This document shows positions 52,407-64,000 of a stretch of 64,000 nucleotides of DNA, one piece after another. Every line of letters starts with the position of its first letter. Position 1 is the first letter of the stretch. The position numbers and the translations under genes were made by a program. Source of the DNA: Octopus sinensis (taxonomy: Eukaryota). Where the stretch lies: the NCBI RefSeq assembly GCF_006345805.1, contig NC_043004.1, positions 90,024,001-90,088,000 of the forward strand, in the 5' to 3' direction. Under the pieces are notes generated by a model that saw only the letters and a list, made by a program, of their open reading frames with translations, was not told the origin of the DNA and did no database searches.

Positions 52407-54449
52407 TTAGCCACAATGGCTCAAAATACATACAAATATAGCATGAAGTTGTAGGATTTATGAAACTATATTGCACAGGACAAAGTTGTTTCAAATGAAG
52501 GAAGGGTAGGAAAGTGGTATTGTGAACATTTAAAAATTTGATAATACACAATAAATATAAAATAAGTTAAAAACATAATTGGAACCAAGTATAATTTTAA
52601 AAAATGAAAGCACAAATTAGTTGGACCATCTTCATTTAGGTGAGAATCTACTGCTTAACTCAGGTCTGAGTAGTCCATGAATCTACTACATATCAGCTAC
52701 TCATTATATTGAAACTGGGAGCATCCAAAGGCACCTTTAGTCCTTTAGCATCCAGGTTACTCTGTCAAATGTAATGCTTATTTATTCACATTGTCTTGAA
52801 TTATTCATACATTATTTTGTGGCTTCAAGGTTTCATTGATGTGATTGTCAATTTTTTAGTATGACATTGTTGGGTAAGTGTAAGATGTTGGATTTGGCCA
52901 GTTTGACCATAAAAGAGGCAGAATATTTTGGCAGATATGTCCGGTTTAAATGCTAAAGGGTTAAGCATTGGCCTTGCATTCAACATCTGGGTGCTATTGT
53001 AAATTATTGGTGTGATCTTCTGCAACAACTTATTGTGTGTCTATCACTTGTATATAAGCTCTATTATACCCTTATCAATTATATATAAGCCCAGAATTGA
53101 TCTGAGGGGCATGTTTCCCAATCTCTTGCCTGTGAACCTCATGTCATTTTGCAGTAAAGGGCCCTATCATGTTTTAAACTCCTATCATGTTTTAGACTCA
53201 TCAACCTACTTCTTTTTTCTCTACAATGGTTTCCACTCCTCTCCATCATTCTTTTTCATTGACATAAGTGGCAGGTGTGGTACTATTTAGAGTGGTACTT
53301 TGTCATTATCCACTTATGAGACTAAGGACAAGAAAATTACAATGCTAGAAAACAGCTGGTGTTAATAACAACTCCTTCAGCTGACATAGAAATGGAATTT
53401 AGGCAAAAAATTTGCTCATATACGATTGTTGAATGTAGGCAATTAGTCCAGCCAACTCAGATCTTGTGTTTCAATGGTCTTTCTCTATCTCTCCCGTCCT
53501 ACACAAAGAATGCTAATAATACCTAGGCTTTAATGAAAATATATATGAAGGTGCTATGAATGTAGACAGTGATCTGAGAATATTACATCAGAGTTTTGAA
53601 AAATGTGACTGTCAGAACTTTCCTCTTACAATGACAATATACCTCAATGTGTTTGCAATACTAGTGCTAATACCCATTGTTGTCATGTGATTTGTTATGT
53701 ATAATAAATAAGATAACTAGACAAGAGTAAAAACAATGTAATGAACTAAGAAATCTCTTTACGAAGCAACAATCAATATTCCTTGTGAACTAACCAATTG
53801 ACACCTTCTGACTTCACTGCGAACTAACACGAACTTCACTCAACTCCAAACTCTGAACTTACTCAGATCAGTCTATTTCTTGCAAGGGGGCATTGTAACT
53901 TTCATCACACCACCCATAACTAACTGGTCTGTTAAAGATATCCACTCCATAGATATTAAAACCAACAAAATCCTGACACTAAAACAATGTCATCTGAAAA
54001 ATAAGATCGTCCTGGAATAAATATTGAGAAACCACCGGGATACATACATAAACATCAACACTAGGAATATTGGTGGAACAAAACTTTTACCAAGTGCAAA
54101 ATTAATAGAGGAAAAAAGTGTGTCTTGGAGGTCAGTTGCGCTGCTGATGTGAATATCTTTTTGAAAATCAAAGAGAAAGAGGACAATTATGGATAACTGC
54201 TTTGAAACCTTCAACTTTTTTACCTATAAATTCACATTTATACCATTAATAATTGCTGCACTTGGTTTTGTTAGTAAATGCTTAAGTGACAATCTGGAAA
54301 AGGTAAGTTTTTCTCCACTCACTCTCTTTCTCCCTTTCTCATTCTCTCTCCCTCCTCCTCTTTCTCTCTCTCTCTTGCTCACTCACTCACTTTACTTTTT
54401 CATTTCCCCAAATTATCCTTACTATCACACATGGAGCAGTCTTATTCTA

Positions 54450-55300
54450 TCAGTTTTACTGCCTTTCCTTCTGCACCCATGACAGAGGACAGCTCCAGAA
54501 TGGCCCTGTAGTTTTCAGGGGTCTTGTACAGATTTCTACTGAATTCATATTGTCTTCAGATACTTCTGCCCTTACCATCTTCTCATATTGTGACAAAAGC
54601 TAAGAGCTAATAACCAATGTCCCTACCAATGTTACCTCTGTATCCTACTAGCTCATATATTTCCATAGTATGGTACTCGACCCTGTCTCACCTTATTTTG
54701 CCTTAATTTTGAAAACCAGACCAACATTTCCATATCCTCTATCCTGGTCTAAAGAAACTACATCTTTCCACACACCAACTACAGCTTCCTTTGTTCTTTT
54801 AATGCAATTGAAATTTCTCAAATGGTTGTGAAGCAAAAGCAGTTTACTTTCTCCCTTTCTATTTCCTATTTCATGCCTCCATCTCCTGGTTACAATCATC
54901 ATTCTTCACTCCTAACATCCTCAGTTTCTCGTACAAATTGGCCAAATAGTTCTTTCCATCTATTTGCCCAGTCGTCCTTGTTACATTTTTGAAATCTATC
55001 ATTGCTTCTTTGATATTTCTAGCTGCAAATAATAATCTTTCATCACTATAAAAAAACTTAGTTTTCCAAACCTCATACTACAGCACTAGAGAGTGAATTT
55101 GGATGTTCCACCAATGCCACCATCTGGCCTGGTTCCCATGGAATGGCATTTTAGTGAGCCATATCTTGACCACTCATATCCAAGTATAGTGTGATCAATT
55201 TTTAGCAACCAGTACTATACTGCACCTCACTGTTGCAGACAGCATAACCCACTCTCCTACTGATGGCCACACTTCCCGCAATCATTTTTCCACTTGATCT
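54450..55300 (-). mobile_element. Decayed R4/Dong-like ORF remnant
   Basis: LFGQFVRETEDVRSEE..ESKLLLL motif resembling LHGQFVRET..RETESLL. Confidence 0.5.
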
Positions 55301-56650
55301 TGACCGGGCTATTAAAGTTTGCTTTCCTTTGTGTTTATACCTTTACAAACAATATCTATTTTTTAGGTTGTGATGTACATTAGTGATTGGAAATTTCATG
55401 AATATTGCGGAGTCATATGACATTACTCTTTTTTTTTTACTCTTTTTCTTGTTTCAGTCATTTGACTGCGGCCATGCTGGAGCACCGCCTTTAGTCGAGC
55501 AACTCGACCCCGGGACTTATTCTTTGTAAGCCCAGTACTTATTCTATCAGTCTCTTTTGCCGAACCGCTAAGTGACGGGTACATAAGCACACCAGCATCG
55601 GTTGTCAAGCAATGCTAGGGAGATAAACACAGACGCACAAACATACATGCACACACACATATATATATACACATATATACGACGGGCTTCTTTCAGTTCC
55701 CGTCTACCAAATCCACTCACAAGGCTTTGGTCAGCCCAAGGCTATAGTAGAAGACACTTGCCCAAGGTGCCACGCAGTGGGACTGAACCCGGAACCATGT
55801 GGTTGGTAAGCAAGCTACTTACCACACAGCCACTCCTGCGCCATTCGTTATTTCATTACATATTCTTTCTTGTGGCTGAATAATTATATGATCCACTCAT
55901 CAGTAGTTATAGAGGCAAATAAAGTTTTCCTTCTGGTCTCATTGTTGCTGATTTTTGTTTTAGTCAGCAAGTTGATTTGAAGCAGACTTCACCAATTTGT
56001 TTTTCTTTTTGACAAAGTGTCATTGCCATAGCTAAAGCAGGAACTCATTTTCTTCTTTACATTCATTCTCTCTCTGTTTCAGTTAAACCTTGTTCTACTC
56101 CCTGTGTTGTATCCATCTTTGAATATTATTATTTCTTCTCAAGGTTCCGTGTTATTTTTTTTCGTTTCTTTTTTCCCTAAGGAAACTGACAAATTTCCCT
56201 AAGGAAACTGACAAACTGAAAGAAACCCATCGTATATGTATATATATATATGTGTGTGCGTGTATGTTTGTGTGTCTGTGTTTGTCCCCCTAGCATTGCT
56301 TGACAACTGATGCTGGTGTGTTTATGTCCCTGTCACTTAGCGGTTCAGCAAAAGAGACCGATAGAATAAGTACTGGGCTTACAAAGAATAAGTCCTAGGG
56401 TCGAGTTGCTTGACTACAGGCGGTGCTCCAGCATGGCCGCAGTCAAATGACTGAAACAAGAAAAAGAGTAACAAAAATAAAGAGTAATGTCACATGACTC
56501 TGCAATATTCATGAAATTTCCAATCACTGATGTACATCACAACCTAAAAAATAGATATTGTTTGTAAAGGTATAAACACAAAGGAAAGCAAACTTTAATA
56601 GCCCGGTCAAGATCAAGTGGAAAAATGATTGCAGGAAGTGTGGCCATCAG
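55260..56650. repeat. Local inverted duplication (arms 55260-55700 and 56214-56650)
   Basis: Both arms contain the SINE 3' half and the same ~170-bp non-SINE flank in opposite orientation. Confidence 0.88.
55426..55842 (-). mobile_element. SINE family A, full length
   Basis: Homologous to the other family A copies. Confidence 0.9.
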
Positions 56651-56746
56651 GATTTTTTCCCTCTATTCCCCCAATTCAGATGAAAGCTGAAAAGTTCAAG
56701 AATTTTACTGACACAAGATTGAACATACCTTTCTCATTAATGTCTG

Positions 56747-56790
<44 letters not shown>

Positions 56791-57239
56791 GTCCTTTCTA
56801 CTATAGGCACAAGGCCTAAAATTTCTTAAGTTTTGAGATTGAGTTTTGGGTGTTAAATATTGTGGAAAGTGACCCTTTGAGACCTTTGATAACAGATTGC
56901 TGTCTACTCTTACAAAATTAACTGGAGAAAGTAAAATCATGAGCTCTGAGAAGCGAAATAGAAATAATAATAATTATGATTATGAGATATGGTAAGGCAT
57001 TGAGTTGGCAGAATCATTATAGCCCTGGGGAAAATGCTTAATAGCATCTGGTCCACCTTTATGTTCTGAGTTTAAATGTCACTAAGGTTGACTTTGCCTT
57101 TCACCCTTTCAGGGTCGATAACATATGTACCAAATGAGTACTAGGATTGATGTAATTGGCTATCCACCTCCCACCAAAATTCAGGCCTTGTTCCTATAGT
57201 TGAAAAAATTATTATGAGATTTGGTTTACAGAATTAACC

Positions 57240-57604
57240 AGAACAAGTAAAATTGAGAGTTTTGAAAGTGAAATGGAAATAGTAATAACAATAATGACAT
57301 TTGGCTTAGAAAATGTACTAAAACAATCTTGAAGAGAGGAAAACTTATTAAGAACACTATTGTACTAGATAAAGAAACTGAAATAAGATAACCAAACCAA
57401 ATGCAGATATATAAATACTTAGGAATCAATGAACTATATAGAGTATAACAAACACAAATTAAGAAAAAATAAGAAGAAATATTATAGATGAATGAATAAT
57501 ACTTAAAAACAGCCAAATGAAAAAGAATCAGTAATATGCATGAATATTCTAGATGTCCTAATTATAAGTTAGAGTTATTATATTCTTTATTGGACACTAA
57601 ATGA
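57240..57604 (+). mobile_element. R4/Dong-like RT remnant
   Basis: MTFGLE.C.K..LKRGKL..YKYLGINE motif. Confidence 0.6.
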
Positions 57605-57812
57605 AGGGATGCAGCACGGATTTTTGTCAGTGACCAGGTCGGGGTCTTAAAGCGACGAAAATATTTTGACAAATTAAACTTAAATGTTGAAGTGAATCGA
57701 ACGGCTTTTGTGTGTTTCTTAAATGGCTTACAAACACCTTCCATGCTGCAATTGTTTTCGTTTCAGCACACGATCTCAGATCAAATCACTTGCTATGCAA
57801 GTACATCTCCGT
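57605..57812 (+). mobile_element. Solo Penelope pLTR-like repeat with a hammerhead-like fold at 57623-57673
   Basis: TTTGTCA-GTGACCA-g-GTCG(11 nt)CGAC-GAAA-ATAT-T-T-TGACAAA, followed by an AT-rich tail. Confidence 0.5.
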
Positions 57813-60147
57813 AAATGAAGTAGGAAAACAAGAAAAATAATGACTGCATTTCGAATATACATTCACAATCTGACATAGGTGGTAGAGGCCTGAAAGAAAG
57901 AAAAAACAACAGAAAATGTAAAACAGTTAAAATCTAAGCTAAAACTGGAACTATAAAATGCCATGATAAAATGATGGCTGTTGCAGATTTAATGAAAATA
58001 GACATTAGGCTAAAAGAACTAATATATCAAGTCAATAATTAAAAGGGAAATTTGATATTCCGCCTAAATCTACTCAGAAAAGAATTTTAAAACCTTAGAA
58101 AACAATTCACAAAGATTTCCTGAAAACAATTAAAAAAGACAACTGAAGGGTTCCATATTCTACAGAAATATAACAGCCACAAACAAGAAAGCAATCAAAA
58201 TCAAAGAATATTTAAGATGACAGATGAGATGAACTAAGTAAACTGTGATATTAATTGATACAAAAAGGGAACTGCATAAGTCTAAAATTACTTAAGTCAA
58301 GCCTGAGATATGAAAAGTCGACAGACATCAATGCAGGTTGATGGAGATAAATTTTAATTACTAATTTCTGAATCAAGAATCTGATCACCATTCATTAATG
58401 GTTTACAGTGTTCTGATGAGGAATGTAGTCAATTGTAATAAGGAGCCACACAGGGAGAATAATGTCTTGTGATTCAATGGTAAATTTCCATAGAGAAAGA
58501 AATCCAAGAAACTAGAGTTCAAATGAGAGGATATGCCATAAGGAAGAAAAGCTATTAAATGTTTTGAATCATCATCATTTAGCATCCATTTTCCATGGAT
58601 TAGTTTGACTGGAACTGGTAAGCTGGAGAGCTGCACCAGGCTCCAGTCTGTTTTGGCTTTATTTCTACAGCTGGATGCCCTTCCTAATACCAGTCTATCT
58701 TTTTATTGAAGGAGAAAGGTTTTAACACTGGGGCACAAAAAAGATGTGCAAGTATAGGTCAATCAACCATTCTCAAATAAAGTACATGTGTTCTTTAAGT
58801 ATCAATGAGAGTATATGTGTATACTTTTTTGAAAAATAACAACTTTTTAACAGTAGGCTCCAAAAAAGAACTTTTTAAATGAAACATATTAGCTACCAAC
58901 AAAATCAGGAAGAAATAATTTGATATAGTATGCATCATCCTTTTTAACATTCATTTTTCCATGCTTGTGTGATTTAGACAGAATTCATTGAGGCAGGTTT
59001 TGTACATCTGGATGTATTCCTATCATCAACTCTTACCTGTTTCCAAGCAAGGTATTATTTCCTTATGGCTAGACATTTCTATAAAAGACTGGTAAAGATG
59101 GATATTGCTTGTTTGACAGTGACACTCGTTTACAACTATTATGCAATTTCAAGACAAGGCAACACACACACACCTTTCTGTTTATCCCTTCTCTCTCTCT
59201 TTTATATTCACCTTGTACCTTGAGGGTATGTTCTCACCATTTCTCTCTTTCTATTTCCAGCTGAGGAGGCTATATATATCTCCTCTTCAGCTAGACACCT
59301 ATTCCCGTCCTTCTACCATACTTGCACCTCCTTCAGTATAATACCTCACTCAGCTGCAGGGTCTTTCTGACAAGCTACTTGGAGATGGCTTCAGTTTCTG
59401 TCTACCAAATCCACTCACAAGGTTTTGGTTGGTCCAGAGCTATTAGAAGACATTTGCCCAAGGTGCCAAACAATGTGACTGAACCCAAAATCACATGAAT
59501 TGGAAGCAAACTTCTTAACCACACAGCCATACCTACAATCACTTCCAAAACTGATTTTCACAGTATATCCTATTCATCATTTAAGAAGTTTACATTGTCA
59601 GATAAGCATTGAAAATGTTCAGAGAACATCATAAAATAGAAGACAACACTAAATTTTCCTCACTCGGACTAACTTGTATAAACATAAATTAACATCAGAA
59701 GTGATGTTCGATGGAACTTAATTAACATACTTCTCATAAAGTTCACTACACCCAACAATCTCCTGAATAGCAATAAATATGGATTTTAATCATAGCTTGT
59801 CAAACTGTAGGAAATTCAGGAAGGCATTCAAAAGATTTATTATTTATAACAAAGTGATTAATTTGAATTCAGGTTGAATAAATGTAAAGGTTTCAAATTC
59901 TGGTGCAAGGCCAGCAATTTTAGGGGAGGGGGATCGTTGATACATCAACCTCAGTGCCCAACTTGTTCTTATTTAATGCACTGGCATGGCTGTGTGGTTA
60001 AGAAGCTCACTTGACAACCATGTGGTTTCGGGTTCAGTCCCTCTGCATATCATATTGGGCAGGTAGTGTCTTCTACCATAGCCCCAGGGAACCAAAACCT
60101 TGAAAGTGAAATTTGTCGACAAACTGTATGGAAGCCCATTGTATGTA

Positions 60148-60184
<37 letters not shown>

Positions 60185-60185
60185 G

Positions 60186-60236
<51 letters not shown>

Positions 60237-60689
60237 AGTGTGTCAGCTATTTTATCTTCATCTTTCTTTTACTTGTTTCAGTCATTTGATTGCAACCATA
60301 CTGGGGTACTACCTTTAAGGGCATTAGTTGAACAAATTGACCCCAGGACTTTTTCTAAAGCCTAGTACTTATTCTATTGGTCTCTTTTGCTGAGCCACTA
60401 TGTTACAGGAACAAAATTTTAATTTAAGGAAAACAAAACAGTTATTAAAATCTCCAGCATATTTTTATAGAATATGGTACACATTTTCTTACAAACACAA
60501 AGCAAAAGGTTATTTAATGAAACCACTATCAGCATTGATTATTGCCCCAATCAGGCTTCTGAAATGATTAAATGTGTTGATCAGATGATCTTTATTCATG
60601 TTGGGTATAGCAGACGACATCAACAAATTTTTAGTCTTGTGGGCCTACTTATTGGTCTCCCTTTCAATGATACCCTTTGATGAAGCAGT

Positions 60690-61435
60690 CCAGGGGGTAG
60701 GAGGTCAAATGTTAAGGGTAACATGATTGTGAACATTTTCAGTGATCCACTCCTGAGCTATGCAAGTTGTATGAGAAGAGCAGAGTCTTGCTGGAACACA
60801 TGCAACCTCCTCTCAACAATTCACTCGATCCATGGCTTGACAACTCTTCATTGTCTTGATATAGGCTGCCATGTCCCTCAGGGAAAACGTGTAGAGGCAT
60901 GACATGAGCTCCAAGGCCATCCCAGGCTAGAGGAATTTGGGACATCAATGGGGCTTACACAGAGTCATCTGTCATACTCATTGGTCTCCTGTTCCCTTTT
61001 TGATCTTGAACAAAGTTCTCATCTGAGAAGAACCGGCACATGCTAGGTTCCTTGTAATGTTTGAGTTTGTTTAGCAAGTGGTTCTCCCGGGTTTTATTGG
61101 ACATGAATTTCCCTCCCCTCATAATGTATGATTTGTAATCTAATGTCTTCTTCATGCACCACACATTTAACTGTTGACTCTGACACATGGAGATGATTGG
61201 CTGTCAGTGACTTACTGGAATTCTCAATCATGATGCCCTGAACTTACTGGACAAACTTGACTTTACTGACAATGTTTGTTAAGAATGCCTTTTTTTCTTT
61301 TGGCTATGGAAGACAATCCCATTAGAGGCCAAGAACTCTTTTCTGAGCTTCAACACAACGGACTTGGCAACATTTAAGAATGTTGCAAAATCAGAATCAC
61401 TGTGTTTGGCAAAAATTTTGTTCTCAAATGGCTGA
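60690..61435 (-). mobile_element. maT/DD37D-like transposase remnant
   Basis: RFFSDENFVQDQKGNRR and GAHVMPLHVFPEG motifs. Confidence 0.75.
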
Positions 61436-61899
61436 CACACCCTGTGTGGTGTGTGTGTGTGGCATTTGTATTTGTTCCCTGCCACTGCTCAACAACCGGT
61501 GCTGGTTTGTTTATGTCCCTGTAATTTAGAGATTCATCAAAAGTGACCAAAATAAGTACTGCGATCTATGACTGAAATTAGTAGATAAGATGTATAGAGA
61601 CTTGGATAGAAAGACACTTCTGTTCAAAGAATTCATGATCAGGAAAAACTACAGTAAAATTGGAATAAGTTGTATAACAAGTACTCAAACGAAGCTAACA
61701 AGGTAGAGGGGTAGAAGAACAATTCAGTGGTTCAAATGTTTTTGAATAAAAGCCAGGATGAATGATTTTGATCATCACTGCACAAGTCATTAATCTCATC
61801 ACAAGACCTTACAATCAACACTGATGAAACAAACTCCCAATATGAAGAAACAATCTATAATTCTATTTCTGGGTGTCAACAGCAACAGATCCTATTGCA

Positions 61900-62070
61900 G
61901 TTTACCTGCACTGAAAGATTAGTTAAGAATATAAAATAAACACAGTAGACAAGTCGTATGAACACTTACCAAAAGCAGTTACTAAAAATTAAAGTATAAC
62001 TCTTTTATGACAAAGAAATTGAAACCAATAAATTAGACATTATTGTTAAGGACAAGCATAAAAATTTCAT
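61900..62070 (+). mobile_element. R4/Dong-like RLE remnant
   Basis: YEHLPKAVT..DKEIETNKLDIIVKDK. Confidence 0.5.
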
Positions 62071-63494
62071 GCACGACTGAGAAAACGCGTCATTAATAAT
62101 AGTAAATCTGTTACAATACAAAGATCATAAAATTTGGGATTACGTACCTACATACAACACTGTCATCATAAGGGTATTAAGTTCCCAGGTTACATCAACT
62201 TTCAGAAAATATGTCATCAAGAAATAACTCAAATATTGTGCACAGTATCAAATAAGTAGAAAGGAAACCTTTCCTCTTTGATTAGGCATAAATTTTGCTT
62301 TTAATTGTACTTATAAATCCCAGCTAATTCTGCTTTGCAACTTAAGCAAAGACTCAGAAGACTTTAGGCCCTGAAAAATTTACAACTTCAGGCAAAAGCT
62401 ATTCACTTTCACTTAGTGATACAAAAGATTTGGAATCAACATATTAGCTATGTTGAACATTTTACCAAAGTATTGACTTCAGATTTACTCAGCTGTTGCC
62501 AAAATAAAATATGGCATCAAATCAATGTATAAAGCAAAATATAGAATGGAGACAACACAATGGTTTCTATGATCCAATAAGTCACACTAAAATCAAATAT
62601 GTCACTCTTTATTGATAAAGGGTGTAAAAGTGTAAAGTGAGGAGCCTTATTGAATATAATTTTATGGTTTGTAAAATAAATATTTGTCATATATCTAGAC
62701 AGCTAACTTCAATATCCACAGCTTTAAATCATATCAAAGCGACTTGTCTATTAATTTCCTTTTTAAATATTAGCTGTCAAGGTTAAACCATTAAGTAAAT
62801 TTCTTTGTACTAGTTATTGTCTACATTTTTCATGAGAAGATCTATTCTTTCTTAGCTTCAGTAGAAGAAAGGCAAACTATCTCTGAGAGATAAAACTAGT
62901 TGAATGATCTTCACTTCCAGCAGCTAAAGCTACAGTTGATTCTTCATGAGTTATATTTTCAGAGTTAAAGTAAATACATTTTTATAAGACTCCAAGCTAC
63001 AGAAACAAAATGCAATTAGCTGGCCATGTCTTGTGGCAGTCAGAGCATTGATATGCAAAAAAAAAACAAGATGGGCATCAGTAGGAGAAAAGAAAAGGGC
63101 CATGGGTGACAACTGTGCTGAACCCTTCAGGAGACACTTAGAAAACATGCAACCAATCAAGAACTGCTGCCCTACATGCAAACATATGACTAATATATAT
63201 GATGTATGCGTATGTGTGCACATACATATTAGTGAATCAAATCCCAACATAGATTTTCACATTTAAGTTTCACAGGTTTATTGTATTTTTTACAACAATC
63301 TTCAGGTAAATATTTACATAGCAAGCAGTAGCTATAAATAGGTGACATTGTATTGCTAAAGGAAGAAAATCTATAAAATACTTCCAGTATTACAAAAGTT
63401 TTCTAATCAATGTTATTTTTAAATCAAATTAAATTCAAATAAATATTGTCTGTTCAGAATTGGCTTGAACTTCAATAAAATTCTTTTCTTTTTG

Positions 63495-63900
63495 CCCTTA
63501 CTTACTTGTACTTGTACTTGTGGCGACATTCACCCTGGGTGGGTTGAGTCGGCTTCTTCTACCACCCTCGAGGCATCTCGAACCATGGCAGTGGAAGAAG
63601 TTTTGTGGGGAATATGAATTTCACAAGTGGTCCTCAACAATCTTGCATGTAGAGACATCCTGTTTGCCACAGATTGTCCACAGATGCAGGGACAGAACGA
63701 CCGAGGAGCCGCCGGTTGCCGAAACAGACACTCCGAGGATTTTCACCAGAGCCCCATCTGCCGGGTTGTGGCCCTAATACCACTCGGTGTCAGACCAATC
63801 CGCCTTGGGTGGCCCTATCAGGAACCGAAGTTCCTGACGGCATAGCTCTGACACTACCTGTTACCAGTGTCCCCACCATGGTGAGGAGGGGATGGACTTT
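63495..63900. mobile_element. GC-rich RTE-derived repeat (inverted 3' tail joined to 5'-UTR-like sequence)
   Basis: (CAAGTA)n tail and VVEEADSTHPG* on the minus strand; GGGTGGCCCTATCAGG..GGCATAGCTCT on the plus strand, resembling RTE 5' UTRs. Confidence 0.4.
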
Positions 63901-64000
63901 AGGGACGCTTTTTTGCCCTACTTTTAACTTTGAGCCATAAAGTTTATAAAATGGAAATATTTAAAAAATTGTATTATTTCCATAGACTCAGTTGATTGCA

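Noticed and set aside
55860-55910. Further hammerhead cores (CTGATGAG on the minus strand here; similar degenerate motifs near 38550 and 47935)
   Set aside because: The GAAA half of the core and/or stem I is missing; at best these are dead remnants.
63033-63266. 77-aa ORF as a terminal exon of a neighbouring gene
   Set aside because: No recognisable homology or convincing splice signals, and it ends in microsatellite.

Overview
AT-rich, microsatellite- and transposon-dense eukaryotic DNA, most likely from an octopus. This is inferred from the tRNA-derived SINE families and the repeat landscape, not proven. Only one host coding exon is supportable: coding exon 1 of a KLF6/KLF7 (luna-type) Kruppel-like factor on the minus strand (ATG 37553, 34 codons [34 protein letters not shown], phase-0 GT donor at 37451). 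No later exon is recognisable, so positions 1-37451 appear to be a first intron of more than 37 kb, and 37.6-64 kb is upstream DNA. The rest is TE debris: RTE, L1-Tx1, CRE, Hero/NeSL-like and R4/Dong-like LINEs, Penelope elements, Tc1/maT/mariner, hAT MITEs, Helitrons, several SINEs and long (TA)/(CA) tracts. The most notable structures are: (1) a ~390-bp palindrome of two head-to-head Penelope-type repeats, each carrying a minimal type I hammerhead ribozyme fold with a different single core substitution; (2) a second hammerhead-like fold with an apparent G3-C8 swap; (3) a Tx1 element inserted in frame, with a 23-bp TSD, into a Hero-like endonuclease; (4) a 5'-inverted RTE copy with three C2H2 fingers; (5) a local inverted duplication with a template-switch scar; (6) an overlapping uORF across the KLF start codon. 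All calls come from reading the sequence; no searches or folding programs were run.
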